DNA from: a virus
IMG/VR virus record: IMGVR_UViG_3300032322_002570
Location: 1 to 64,000 of that record
Length of the DNA: 64,000 nucleotides
Reading direction: 5' to 3' (one strand)
In this document: positions 32,288 through 41,127 of the stretch, in pieces
Layout: the number at the start of each line of letters is the position of its first letter
Position numbering within the stretch: the first letter of the stretch is position 1
Made by a program: the position numbers and the translations under genes
Notes under the pieces: model-generated
Database searches by the model: none
What the model saw: only the letters and a program-made list of their open reading frames with translations
Told to the model about the DNA's origin: nothing

Positions 32288-33865
32288 CTACAGTAGCGCA
32301 CCACCCAGGTCAGCAAGCTTCGTCGTGACGTACTCCACAGCGGCCGGCTCGGCACTAAGCGAGATCGTCGGCCTGACCAGTGGCCTGACGACCCTGCTGT
32401 AGCGCTGTTCGGAGACCGCCAGGATCGCCATCGCTTCACGGGGGCCGAACTCCGGCGAGAACTGCTCAAGATCCGACAGGCGGCGCCAGAACCAGACGTG
32501 CGCCGCACCAGCCAGAAAGCCCATCAGCGGGCGCAGCGTCTGCCTGAGGTGCGGGTAGTGGACGTACAGCCGCAGTGCTCGGCGTTCCACCTGGAACCTG
32601 ACCCACTGCGGATCGGGCCTGGACCAGGCCGCATAGTGCGAGATCGTCGGCAGCCCAGAGATCCACCCCTTGGCCAGGGACGAGGCCGCCTCAGGCGTGG
32701 CCGCCAGCACCGCCGAGGCCTTGTCGACGTAGTGCTGCCTGAGGGCGGGCGACCTGATGGACTCTACCAGGTTGCGAATTGCCGTCTCTGCTGCAGAGAA
32801 CTTCTTGGTGTCGGTCCTGTCAAGTCCGGCCAGCCAGGAGTCGATCTGCCAGTCGAGCCACGGCACCGCCGCCTCGATGATGCCGCCGAAGTCCATGCCA
32901 GCGTCGACGCAGTCAGCCGGATCCATCCCATCCGGGAGTTTGGCGATGCTGATGTTCGCTTCGCCCTTGCACGCGAACGGGCCGATCGCTGACACCGCCC
33001 GAGCAGTGGCGCTGGCGCCACCCTTATCGGCGTCCATGCAGAGCACGAAGTTCGAACACTTCAGCATGAGCCTCTTGACGGCGGCCTCGCTTGGTATCGC
33101 CGTGCCCTGCAGTGCAACGACATTGCAGTGCCCAGCGCACCACAGCCGAATCACGTCAAGCTGCCCTTCGACTATCACCATGAAGCCAGCGTCCCTGGCA
33201 GCCTCCCAGGCCCTATGCTCATTGAAGAAAAGGCTTGACTTCTTGAAGATCTCACTGTCTTTCGAGTTGATGTACTTCTCCTTGCCGGAGTAAAGCGGAT
33301 CGATGACACGCTTCGAAAACCCAACAATCCTGCCGGCGTGATCGTGGATCGGAATCGTGATTCTGCCACCGTCTGGGGCCCCGGCGTCCCATCCAAGCTC
33401 GAAGAATCGGCTGGCCTCTGCTGTCAGGCCGCGACCGAGTATCCAATCACGGGCCGATTCTCCAGTCCTGGAGCGAATTGCCTTCCGGTAGCGCTCATGC
33501 GCCCTGGTCAGCGACGAACGCTCTGACTCGATCCTGGCGCGACGTTGCCTCTGCGCCTCCTGGTCCTCGTCGTCCCTCAGGATCTCGACCGAGTGCTTCT
33601 CGGCGATGCGCTCGACAGCCTCTGCAAACGACAGTGAGAACTTCTGCTTCACGAAGTCGATCCCGTCCTTGCCACCGCCGCAGGCAAAGCAGAAGCAGAT
33701 TCCCTTGGCGTCGTTGATCGTCAGCGACGGGTTGGTGTCGTTGTGCCACGGGCACAAGGCGACCGCTTCACGGCCAACCTTCTTGAACGCGATCCCCTCC
33801 GACTCCAGGATCGCCGTGATCGGGACTGCCCTTACGGCCTCGATGGTGCCCTGTGAGATGCTCAA
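32288..33865 (-). CDS. dnaG: DnaG-type DNA primase
   Basis: CPWH...CFAC zinc finger; KYINS; TOPRIM VEGQLD, MDAD, DPAD. Confidence 0.93.
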   Translation of the reverse strand: MSISQGTIEAVRAVPITAILESEGIAFKKVGREAVALCPWHNDTNPSLTINDAKGICFCFACGGGKDGIDFVKQKFSLSFAEAVERIAEKHSVEILRDDEDQEAQRQRRARIESERSSLTRAHERYRKAIRSRTGESARDWILGRGLTAEASRFFELGWDAGAPDGGRITIPIHDHAGRIVGFSKRVIDPLYSGKEKYINSKDSEIFKKSSLFFNEHRAWEAARDAGFMVIVEGQLDVIRLWCAGHCNVVALQGTAIPSEAAVKRLMLKCSNFVLCMDADKGGASATARAVSAIGPFACKGEANISIAKLPDGMDPADCVDAGMDFGGIIEAAVPWLDWQIDSWLAGLDRTDTKKFSAAETAIRNLVESIRSPALRQHYVDKASAVLAATPEAASSLAKGWISGLPTISHYAAWSRPDPQWVRFQVERRALRLYVHYPHLRQTLRPLMGFLAGAAHVWFWRRLSDLEQFSPEFGPREAMAILAVSEQRYSRVVRPLVRPTISLSAEPAAVEYVTTKLADLGGALL

Positions 33866-34506
33866 CGATTTTCGACGAACTTGCGGAAACGAACAGCGAG
33901 CGCCGACGGCGGGCGGCGCAGGCGACCCCGACTGTACTCCTCCAATTGCCGTCTGAGGACCGGTGGCATCGCCTCGATCAGCGCCTCAGCCTCTCGCTCG
34001 TAGGAGGATAGGTCAAAGGCCTCTTCGGCTTCTAGCGCCTTTCCTGGCAGCGAGTGGTCTTTCAGTTCCAGCGGTGGGCCAGAGCACGCAAGCATCACGT
34101 CCTGCCATTCTTCGGCGTCGATCTCGAGCTTAGCACAGATCTGCTCGTCCGTGGCACCCTCCAGGATCATTCTGCGCCCTTTGACCCAGAGCTCTCGCAT
34201 CCGGTGGGACAGGCGCATGGAGTAGGTGCGGTCCCTGATGTAGTGCAGGATCGCGCCGCGAATGTATGGAACAGCGAGCGACGAGAACCGCATCGTTCGG
34301 CCGGTGCGCACGCTGACCAGGCCGGCATCGTACTTGGCCGCCGCCTGGCATAGGCCCTCGAATGCAGCGCTCTGCAGGATCGAGAACTCGATGCCGGTCG
34401 ATCGCTGGTAGCGCCAGGCGATCTCCCGTGCCAGGTTGATGTTATCGGCAGCAAGCTTCTGCTGCTCGCGTGTCAGCCTGAAGTCTGGCTCTCTCTTTGC
34501 TGCCAA
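33862..34506 (-). CDS. Phage RNA polymerase sigma factor (SigF/SigB-like, regions 2-3)
   Basis: NINLAREIAWRY...GLCQAAAKYD...FSSLAVPYIRGAILHYIRD. Confidence 0.88.
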   Translation of the reverse strand: MAAKREPDFRLTREQQKLAADNINLAREIAWRYQRSTGIEFSILQSAAFEGLCQAAAKYDAGLVSVRTGRTMRFSSLAVPYIRGAILHYIRDRTYSMRLSHRMRELWVKGRRMILEGATDEQICAKLEIDAEEWQDVMLACSGPPLELKDHSLPGKALEAEEAFDLSSYEREAEALIEAMPPVLRRQLEEYSRGRLRRPPSALAVRFRKFVENR

Positions 34507-34507
34507 T

Positions 34508-36049
34508 TCACCAAAGCGATAGTTCCGGAGCGTCCTGGATAAGCCTGGAACCCCTCCCCCATCTTACCCCCATAATCTGCGCTGGGGTTCTTTGGTTCAT
34601 GTAGTTGATTGCCTGGGCCACGCTGTCGCAAATGTCGTCGTTCTTGACGGCCGGAAACAGGTTGAATTCATTCAAGAACTCATCAAGCCATGGCGCGTGC
34701 TTTGGCAGGTAGACGTTGCCGGCCTCGACGGTCGGCACGATACCCATCAGCCTGAACTCTTTCTTGACGTCTTTGGGCTTGTAGCCGATCAGGCCTGGGA
34801 TCCGAGACTGCAACGTCTGGAAGGCGGCGTGACCGTTAGCAGCCAATTCGATGATGGTACCGCTGACCTGGTACTCGCGTTCAGCGGCATTCCGTTGCGC
34901 TGTCAGGATCATGCCAAGCGTGTCCTGGAAGTCCGCACGCCTGCGCAGCATATCCAGGACGTAGTACTTCACGCCAGACTGGCCGATTGTCGTGACAACA
35001 ACAAAGTCAGAATCGTCGTTGTCGACGAAGGTGCAGTCGACGCTGATCATGATCCTATCCATCACCGGCAGCTCCTGGCGGTCTTTGTAGTACTGCCACC
35101 ACGAGGACTGGAACATGTTGCCCTCTTCCGGTGCCGGGCGCTGCTGGTACTGGGATGACCATTCCCTTGGGCCAATCGTCTGGCGGATCATCTCGAGGTC
35201 TTTCTCGTCGTAGCGCTGGGGGCACAGAGAAATGCCAGCCTTTTCGCGCCAGTCAGGCACGACCTCGCAGTTCGACGGCAGTGGTGGGCGTGACCCAGGC
35301 TCCTCCGACAGGGCGGGCCAGTCGATGATCGTCCAGTTTTGTCTCAGGTGCGCCGGCGCATTCCTCTCGGCTTCCAAGAGGCGGCCGGTCAGGTCGTTCT
35401 CGCTCCACCTGGTGGCAACGACAACGATGGTGCCGTACTCAGGCTCCAGTCGTTGATAGAGCGAGCCGGTGTAGAAGCCCCATAGCTTGCTCATCGATAG
35501 CTTGCTGTCGGCATCAAGCCTGCTTGCCACCGTGTCATCACAGATCAGCAGACCACCCGAGCGGCCCACGACGGTACCTCCGACACCTGTGGCCCAGCAG
35601 CCACCGCCAGACATGGTGTCCCACCTGGTGGCGGCCTTACTGTCGGGCTTCAGGATGCCGCCGGCCTGCGTGTAGTAGTCTCTGGCGTTCCTGCTGAAGC
35701 CCTCTGCGAGCTCTTTTGAGTAGCTCAGGATGCCAACATAGCGCTCAGGGTGAGCTAGTAGATAGGCAGCAGGCAGCAGTCTGGAAGACAGTTCGCTCTT
35801 GCCGAATCGTGGCGGTGCGCTGACAATCAGCCTCTTGCAGTCGCCATCGATCACACGCTGCAATTGCATGATCAACTCAGCGTGAAACCTATAGAACCTG
35901 TACCTCGGATTTACGTCCTTGATGACCTTGTGGAAGATGACATTCTTCCCGTCAGATATGGTCTTCGCCTTGGCCTGCTTGAGCTCGCGCGCGAGGCCAA
36001 TCGTTCCACCGGCCCGCTCAAGAAAGCGCGCGCCAACCTGATTAGGCAT
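34508..36049 (-). CDS. terL: Terminase large subunit
   Basis: Walker A APPRFGKS; Walker B LLICDD; ATRW; QYQQRP; nuclease domain SVD...FPAVKNDDICD. Confidence 0.93.
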   Translation of the reverse strand: MPNQVGARFLERAGGTIGLARELKQAKAKTISDGKNVIFHKVIKDVNPRYRFYRFHAELIMQLQRVIDGDCKRLIVSAPPRFGKSELSSRLLPAAYLLAHPERYVGILSYSKELAEGFSRNARDYYTQAGGILKPDSKAATRWDTMSGGGCWATGVGGTVVGRSGGLLICDDTVASRLDADSKLSMSKLWGFYTGSLYQRLEPEYGTIVVVATRWSENDLTGRLLEAERNAPAHLRQNWTIIDWPALSEEPGSRPPLPSNCEVVPDWREKAGISLCPQRYDEKDLEMIRQTIGPREWSSQYQQRPAPEEGNMFQSSWWQYYKDRQELPVMDRIMISVDCTFVDNDDSDFVVVTTIGQSGVKYYVLDMLRRRADFQDTLGMILTAQRNAAEREYQVSGTIIELAANGHAAFQTLQSRIPGLIGYKPKDVKKEFRLMGIVPTVEAGNVYLPKHAPWLDEFLNEFNLFPAVKNDDICDSVAQAINYMNQRTPAQIMGVRWGRGSRLIQDAPELSLW

Positions 36050-36669
36050 TACTCTTCAATTTCGAACTCGTATGGGTCTTCACTCTCGTTGAGCTCTTCG
36101 ATTCGGACCTTCTCAACCTCCTCTTCGACAACGCTCAGGAGCTCGTTGACTCCCAGGGCCGCGCCCCATGATTCCCTGGACTGTTCATTCAGGCCAGCAG
36201 CAGCCCGCAGCAGGCCGCCCACCAGGCTGATCGGGATCTCTTCGTCATTCTCCTCTGCCTTTGCAATCCGTTTCCCCAAGACGCGCACCAGGTCTTCGGA
36301 GACCCGGGACATCATCCTGGCCTGGCGTTCAGCGGCGTTTCTGAACTCGACAATCGATTGCTTGTGCTGATTGCGCTTGTCGTTCTCCGTCTCGCGCATG
36401 GCGAGGGCCATTTGTTGTTTATCCCAGGCAGCAGCCCGCCGCTCCCATTGGAACTTGTGAGCCCACTTGACAACAGTGGCCGGCGAGTGCCCACGTTCCT
36501 CCGCCACGCGCTGCAGGCTACGCTTGCCAGCAAGCTGCACATATAACTGAAAAGCCGCGTACTGATCAGCGGACTCATGCTGACCAGCACGCGCCACCTT
36601 GTAGCCGCGTCTGAAGTTGTAGATCGGACCGGGCGTTCGCGGCGGTGGCTTAGCCTCTCTGAACTCCAA
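36049..36669 (-). CDS. Putative terminase small subunit (HTH)
   Basis: Directly upstream of terL; RSLQRVAE...VVKWAHKFQWERRAAAWD. Confidence 0.65.
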   Translation of the reverse strand: MEFREAKPPPRTPGPIYNFRRGYKVARAGQHESADQYAAFQLYVQLAGKRSLQRVAEERGHSPATVVKWAHKFQWERRAAAWDKQQMALAMRETENDKRNQHKQSIVEFRNAAERQARMMSRVSEDLVRVLGKRIAKAEENDEEIPISLVGGLLRAAAGLNEQSRESWGAALGVNELLSVVEEEVEKVRIEELNESEDPYEFEIEE

Positions 36670-36713
36670 ACCTGACCATTGCCGGGGTCAGGCTATGGTT
36701 CCAAAACGCAGTT

Positions 36714-37316
36714 CTAGGCGAACCACTCGGATCCTTCCAGCCAGTTTACCGCTAACTGATGGATGTGCGCGTGGTACTCTTCGATGGTACCATTGTTTTC
36801 AACGTCAACCGAGATAATACGAGGTAGCGAGATGTAGCCACGACTGTCGCCAGCATACGTCTTGCCATCCCTGTGTACGCGCACCAGGAGGACATTGTCT
36901 GCGCCGAACTGGTCGATGATCGGCAGCGCTTCGGACGCGAAGCCACTGTCGCTGCAGACAACCAGACGCGACAGGAAGGAGCGCCTGCGCAGGCGTCGTG
37001 CCGAGAGTTTGCCGAAGATCGCCTCGTCTGCATGGAACCACTTGGCCCAGTCCTCGCTGAGCGAGATCTGCGCCTCGACGTAGCTCTTGCCGAACAGCAG
37101 GTCGCTCGGCTGCGTCTTGATCGACTCGAGGTGCGCGACCTCCTCATCGGTTAGGTCGTAGAAGACCTGCACGGCGGCCTTGAGTGGCTTGCTTTGCTTA
37201 AAATGCGATGCCCCCAGGGCTTTCTCGCAATAGAGAGCAGCGGTGTCCTTGCCGCTGTGACGCGGACCGTTGAAGAAGATGACGCGGTGGTCGGACAGTG
37301 ACTCAAGTGCGGTCAT
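36714..37316 (-). CDS. Deoxynucleoside monophosphate kinase
   Basis: True start ATG 37316; FNGPRHSGKDT, PLK, SDSGF..E, NNGT. Confidence 0.82.
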   Translation of the reverse strand: MTALESLSDHRVIFFNGPRHSGKDTAALYCEKALGASHFKQSKPLKAAVQVFYDLTDEEVAHLESIKTQPSDLLFGKSYVEAQISLSEDWAKWFHADEAIFGKLSARRLRRRSFLSRLVVCSDSGFASEALPIIDQFGADNVLLVRVHRDGKTYAGDSRGYISLPRIISVDVENNGTIEEYHAHIHQLAVNWLEGSEWFA

Positions 37317-37570
37317 AGTATGGGCGCATTCGGGTAAATGATAGCAGAAACGCCCCGGATGCGGGGCGAATTGCGCCGCTCGCGGAAGATAGGGTCGGTG
37401 CCCTCGGGGAAGGATGACAGGTAGACCTGGAACAGGTCTCCGGCGTCGGCCTTGAAGAAATACTGGTGCTGGGCGGTGAGCGTCGCCAGTTGCTGGTGGA
37501 CGGCGTCGGCGAATACCTTGAAGGTCATGGGCGTGATACTCGATGGGATGGGCCCCTCTGGGGTTGCCAT
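37313..37570 (-). pseudogene. Truncated N-terminal fragment of a larger conserved phage protein
   Basis: FKVFADAVHQQ...DLFQVYLSSFPEGTDPIFRER resembles the N-terminus of a long phage family that continues with a Cys motif; here the ORF ends about 20 aa later. Confidence 0.45.
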
Positions 37571-37590
37571 TTGAGAATCGTACCACAGAC

Positions 37591-37620
37591 ACAACAAAGC
37601 CGCCGGGTGGAACCGACGGC
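37591..37620 (-). terminator. Intrinsic terminator
   Basis: GCCGTCGG-TTCCAC-CCGGCGGC-TTTGTTGT on the minus strand. Confidence 0.6.
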
Positions 37621-37907
37621 CTTGCGTCCCTGTTTGCGCGGCCCACCGATCTGGTTCGGCGGGTTGTGCAGCAAGACGAGGTCGACTTCTCCCCTTACCG
37701 ATTTCGGCTTGCGCCCAGGGGAGGCCATCCCCCTGACCGGTCCCCCGACAAGGAGGCTCCGGATTTAGCCCCGCCCCTGCGGTAGGTGACGGGTACAGTG
37801 CACAGGCTGGCCGAATGCCTGGCTAGGGCTCTTCCGGGGCAGAGGTCAGAGGTACGGACTGGGGCTGATCCCCGCGTGTCTGACGTGAACTCCCCATCCG
37901 TGCTCTC
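37595..37907 (-). ncRNA. Candidate ~310-nt structured RNA downstream of the tRNA
   Basis: TACAAT at 37910-37915 (minus strand); several GC-rich hairpins; ends in a terminator; no credible ORF. Confidence 0.45.
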
Positions 37908-37974
37908 CTATTGTACCGATGGGTGGCCGATGCCGCTCGCCGGTGGACGGCTTCGGGACTGGCACGCCCTGGCA

Positions 37975-38047
37975 TGGGGGTCGCGGGGATCGAACCCGCC
38001 TTCGCGGCGTTATAAGCACCGAGCATTCTCCAGATTGCTAGACCCCC
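37975..38047 (-). tRNA. tRNA-Ile, anticodon UAU (CCA not encoded)
   Basis: GGGGGTC/GACCCCC acceptor; anticodon arm CGGTG-CTTATAA-CGCCG; T-arm GCGGG-TTCGATC-CCCGC. Confidence 0.9.
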
Positions 38048-38053
38048 TGGCTC

Positions 38054-39031
38054 CTAGTTGTCAACGCTATCCTCATTGCGACAACGGAAATAGTGCCGCA
38101 GCAGGTCGCGCAGTCTGACGCTTTTCTCGAAATCTTTGTCCTGTTTTCCGCGCATACTTAGTTCATAGACGCCTTGATAGTTTCGCACAAGGTCTACGCC
38201 GGGATCAAAGTCTGTGTCGTTCAGGATCTGCCAGCGATCCCAGTACTTGCGATCGGCTTTCTTTCCATGCCAGTAATGAATAATATGCCCTTTCATGTAG
38301 CCTACATCCATCCTGATTGCCGGCAACTGCCGCCGCTCCCACTCAAGTACTGCGCGACGGTAAGCCTTTGGCGCTTTTGGGTGATAGCTTCGCGATGCTT
38401 GTCCGATAAAGGCCAGCGCCATGTGGCGATCACCAGCTCCGGCGACGCCAACGTCGAAGAGTCCGCCCATGGCATCCCAGGCCTCTCGCGTACAGGCCCA
38501 GGCGTAGCCCGGGTGCCACTCGTGGTATGTTGTCTCTGGATGAATGGCGCCGCTCTCGATGTAGCGGCTCATGAAACTGTGATGCGTCTGAAGCGCTTCA
38601 CCATTCGGCCCGAGGTCGGTTGCCGTCTGCCAGAGTTGAATGACTTGATACACCTGCAGCATGTGCATGGCTTCCGTCACCCAGTCGCTCGGCTCTTTCC
38701 ACCCGACGAAGTCAACGTCGGCGTCGATCCAAGCGACATACTCCCAGTCTGACGGGAGACGACTGACAAGGATATTCAGGCAGTTTTCTTTTGCCCAAAG
38801 TTCGTCTCGACCACGAAGCCGAAGGTGGCGCGGGTTCTTTGGATCGGTGATTTCAAACGGGCGAGAACCGAGCTGAAGCTCTGCAGTCCAAAGGCTGACA
38901 CCCGCTCGGCGCATCCTTTCATTGAACTCATGCCACAGACGATAGCGGCTGCCGAAGCGCACCGGGTTGCTGATCATTGTGACAACATGCAGCCGGCTGT
39001 TGTCAAACGAGCCGTAGCGTGGGCAGGTCAC
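38054..39031 (-). CDS. GT-A fold glycosyltransferase-like protein
   Basis: WAKENCLN...YVAWIDADVDF (DxD)...HPGYAWACTREAWDAMGGL...GAGD. Confidence 0.65.
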   Translation of the reverse strand: MTCPRYGSFDNSRLHVVTMISNPVRFGSRYRLWHEFNERMRRAGVSLWTAELQLGSRPFEITDPKNPRHLRLRGRDELWAKENCLNILVSRLPSDWEYVAWIDADVDFVGWKEPSDWVTEAMHMLQVYQVIQLWQTATDLGPNGEALQTHHSFMSRYIESGAIHPETTYHEWHPGYAWACTREAWDAMGGLFDVGVAGAGDRHMALAFIGQASRSYHPKAPKAYRRAVLEWERRQLPAIRMDVGYMKGHIIHYWHGKKADRKYWDRWQILNDTDFDPGVDLVRNYQGVYELSMRGKQDKDFEKSVRLRDLLRHYFRCRNEDSVDN

Positions 39032-39062
39032 TGGAGTGGGGCGGCAAATGGCGGACCCTCGG

Positions 39063-39072
39063 ATTCTAGCAC
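39063..39072 (-). promoter_or_regulatory. Extended -10 promoter GTGCTAGAAT (representative of a recurring motif)
   Basis: GTGCTAnnnT also at 3606, 9891, 13290, 18630, 21490, 24767, 41116 and 61119 on the minus strand, mostly 20-40 nt before starts. Confidence 0.65.
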
Positions 39073-39091
39073 GCGCGGCCGCGTTTTGCGA

Positions 39092-39871
39092 CTACGGCGC
39101 CAGCCTGGCGCGGTGGAGACGGCTCTCCTTGTACCAAGCGGCTATCTCGGGCGCCCAAGCCTCGAGATGAGGCCACATTAGATCGCACAGGGCACGGATC
39201 TCGAGCTGCGCGTCGAGCTTGGCCCGCAGATCGAGGAAGTGCAGCAGCGCCCGCAGGCTGAAGCTCACCACGAAGTGCTGGCGGTAGTCGAACGCCAACA
39301 CACCACGAGCGTCTTCCTCAGTCACTCCGAGATTGATCTCGCGGGTGTACCGAATGGCGGTGTCGTAGCAATGAATCAGGCGCTCTTTGCGGCGCTCATT
39401 GGTGTAGTAGTACCTCTTGCCCTGTCGATCCACGTAGGAGCCGACGGGGCGGACGTAGAACAGGCGCTCGAGCGCTGTGAACCAAGGATGATCAAGGCTC
39501 AGGTCCTGGGGGCAGACTGCCTTGCTTTCCTGGATGAACCGATAGACCCTGTCGCCCGTATAGCGCATCGACTGCACATCGAAGCTCACCCCGACCCGGT
39601 GGGTGCGGGCCTGCTGCATCACCGAGTGGGGAAAGAACCCAGTGGCAAACGTGATCTGCGGGTGCTCAAGGGGGCCGTAGTGCCCCCGTTCCCCGGCCAG
39701 CAGGCGCTTCACGCAGATCTCGCCGGCCTTTGACTCCTCAGGACAGGGCTCGTCAGCGACGAAGTTCTCGCTGTAGTCCTGGTGCATCGCCTGCCAGCAG
39801 GCCTGCTGCGGGTTCGGGGTCGCCGCCAGGCGCTCGACCCGAAACAGGGGGTCGTAGATGGACTCGGGCAT
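39092..39871 (-). CDS. thyX: FAD-dependent thymidylate synthase
   Basis: GHYGPLEH, QARTHRVGVSFDVQSMRY, EDARGVL, RAKLDAQLEIR. Confidence 0.95.
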   Translation of the reverse strand: MPESIYDPLFRVERLAATPNPQQACWQAMHQDYSENFVADEPCPEESKAGEICVKRLLAGERGHYGPLEHPQITFATGFFPHSVMQQARTHRVGVSFDVQSMRYTGDRVYRFIQESKAVCPQDLSLDHPWFTALERLFYVRPVGSYVDRQGKRYYYTNERRKERLIHCYDTAIRYTREINLGVTEEDARGVLAFDYRQHFVVSFSLRALLHFLDLRAKLDAQLEIRALCDLMWPHLEAWAPEIAAWYKESRLHRARLAP

Positions 39872-40148
39872 TGGTGTCGCGGCTTACTTGCTGTCGACGA
39901 TAGCAGCAATCACCAGCAGGAGCAAGGCCACCGCTCCGACCGCCCCCAGGATGGCGAAGGGGATCCAGAAGGGCGCCAGCACCCAGACCCAGGGCAGGGA
40001 GATGTAGCCGAGCGCCTTCGGGACCACCAGGGTGGCGCCAAGCAGGCCCAGCACTGGGAAGGAGTTGTTGACCTGCACGGTCGGTTCGTTGGAGGACATC
40101 GCGGAACAAGGCGGCCGGGCGTCCCCAATGTGCCATACAATGGCCGCG

Positions 40149-41078
40149 CTACAGACCGAAGTCGATCGGAGCCGCCACGCCAGTGATGAAGTCGCGGTCC
40201 GCCTGGAGAGAGGTGACATTCCGGAGCACACTCCCCTCCAGGCCATCCATCAGCCATACCGGCTGCCCATTGCGGAACGCGCCGGTGATGCCGTCCACGT
40301 TGCTTCGCAGCGGCGAGGCGTGGTCCGTATCGGCCACGACCGGGCCATCCAGTCCACTGATGTTTGCACCCAGGCTGGCAGGAGCAAACCAGTCGGCGCC
40401 GGAGCGCTTCATCCATTCATCACTGGTGCGAGTCACGTAACTGACTCCAACCGGCTTGTCGGTCAACTTCTGAACGAATGAAACAAATTTACGCTGCCAG
40501 CCGGTAGTCACGCTACTGCGGTCCGGCTCGTTTGCGATCTCATAGATCACGTTGTCAAACGGCTCCAGTCGTCGCACCAACTCACGCACCACCCGCTTCT
40601 GGTATCGGTTCCACGGCCCCCTGGAGTGCACCAGATTCACGGCAGAGGGACCAACGCCTTGTGCATTGTTGCTGGGGTTCAGTGGGTGTCTGGCCCACTC
40701 GTCAGCCCCGAAAAATCGATTAAACGCTCCATCGAAAAGGACGACGCCAGCGACCTTCCCCTGCCGCCTTGTGGACTTGACGACCTGTTCCCAGCGGTCG
40801 AAGTATGCTGGGTTCAGCTTCTCCAGGTCAAACTTGCCATCGACCCTGCGCCAGGGCATGGGCGAAACGATGGCGTCCCTCCCGGTGCTCCATGGCTGGG
40901 GGCCGTCCAGGGTCACTCTTGGTACCTCGACGCTCCACAGACGGGTGAAGTTGCCGACAAGCTGACGCAGGGGGCGCAGCCTGCCGCCGAAGGACTGCAC
41001 GGTGTCCCACGTGTGGGACCCCGCCAGGCGAAGATTTTCGCCGCGATAGCGAAACTGATCGTTACGAATCTTGATCAT
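40149..41078 (-). CDS. Clan GH-A TIM-barrel glycoside hydrolase-like protein
   Basis: KFDLEKLNPAYFDR...WARHPLNPSNN...YEIANEP (acid/base NEP motif)...DTDH. Confidence 0.6.
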   Translation of the reverse strand: MIKIRNDQFRYRGENLRLAGSHTWDTVQSFGGRLRPLRQLVGNFTRLWSVEVPRVTLDGPQPWSTGRDAIVSPMPWRRVDGKFDLEKLNPAYFDRWEQVVKSTRRQGKVAGVVLFDGAFNRFFGADEWARHPLNPSNNAQGVGPSAVNLVHSRGPWNRYQKRVVRELVRRLEPFDNVIYEIANEPDRSSVTTGWQRKFVSFVQKLTDKPVGVSYVTRTSDEWMKRSGADWFAPASLGANISGLDGPVVADTDHASPLRSNVDGITGAFRNGQPVWLMDGLEGSVLRNVTSLQADRDFITGVAAPIDFGL

Positions 41079-41127
41079 TGCGCGGACGTTCGCGAAAGAC
41101 TTTGTAACCGGCTAGACAGTAGCACGC

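Noticed and set aside
37317-37646. N-terminal extension of the 310-aa ORF
   Set aside because: Overlaps another ORF and a terminator; kinase motifs start right after ATG 37316
37861-37880. tmRNA 5' end (GGGGCTGAT) on the plus strand
   Set aside because: Not followed by the GGATTCGAC motif, and no matching 3' tRNA-like end was found
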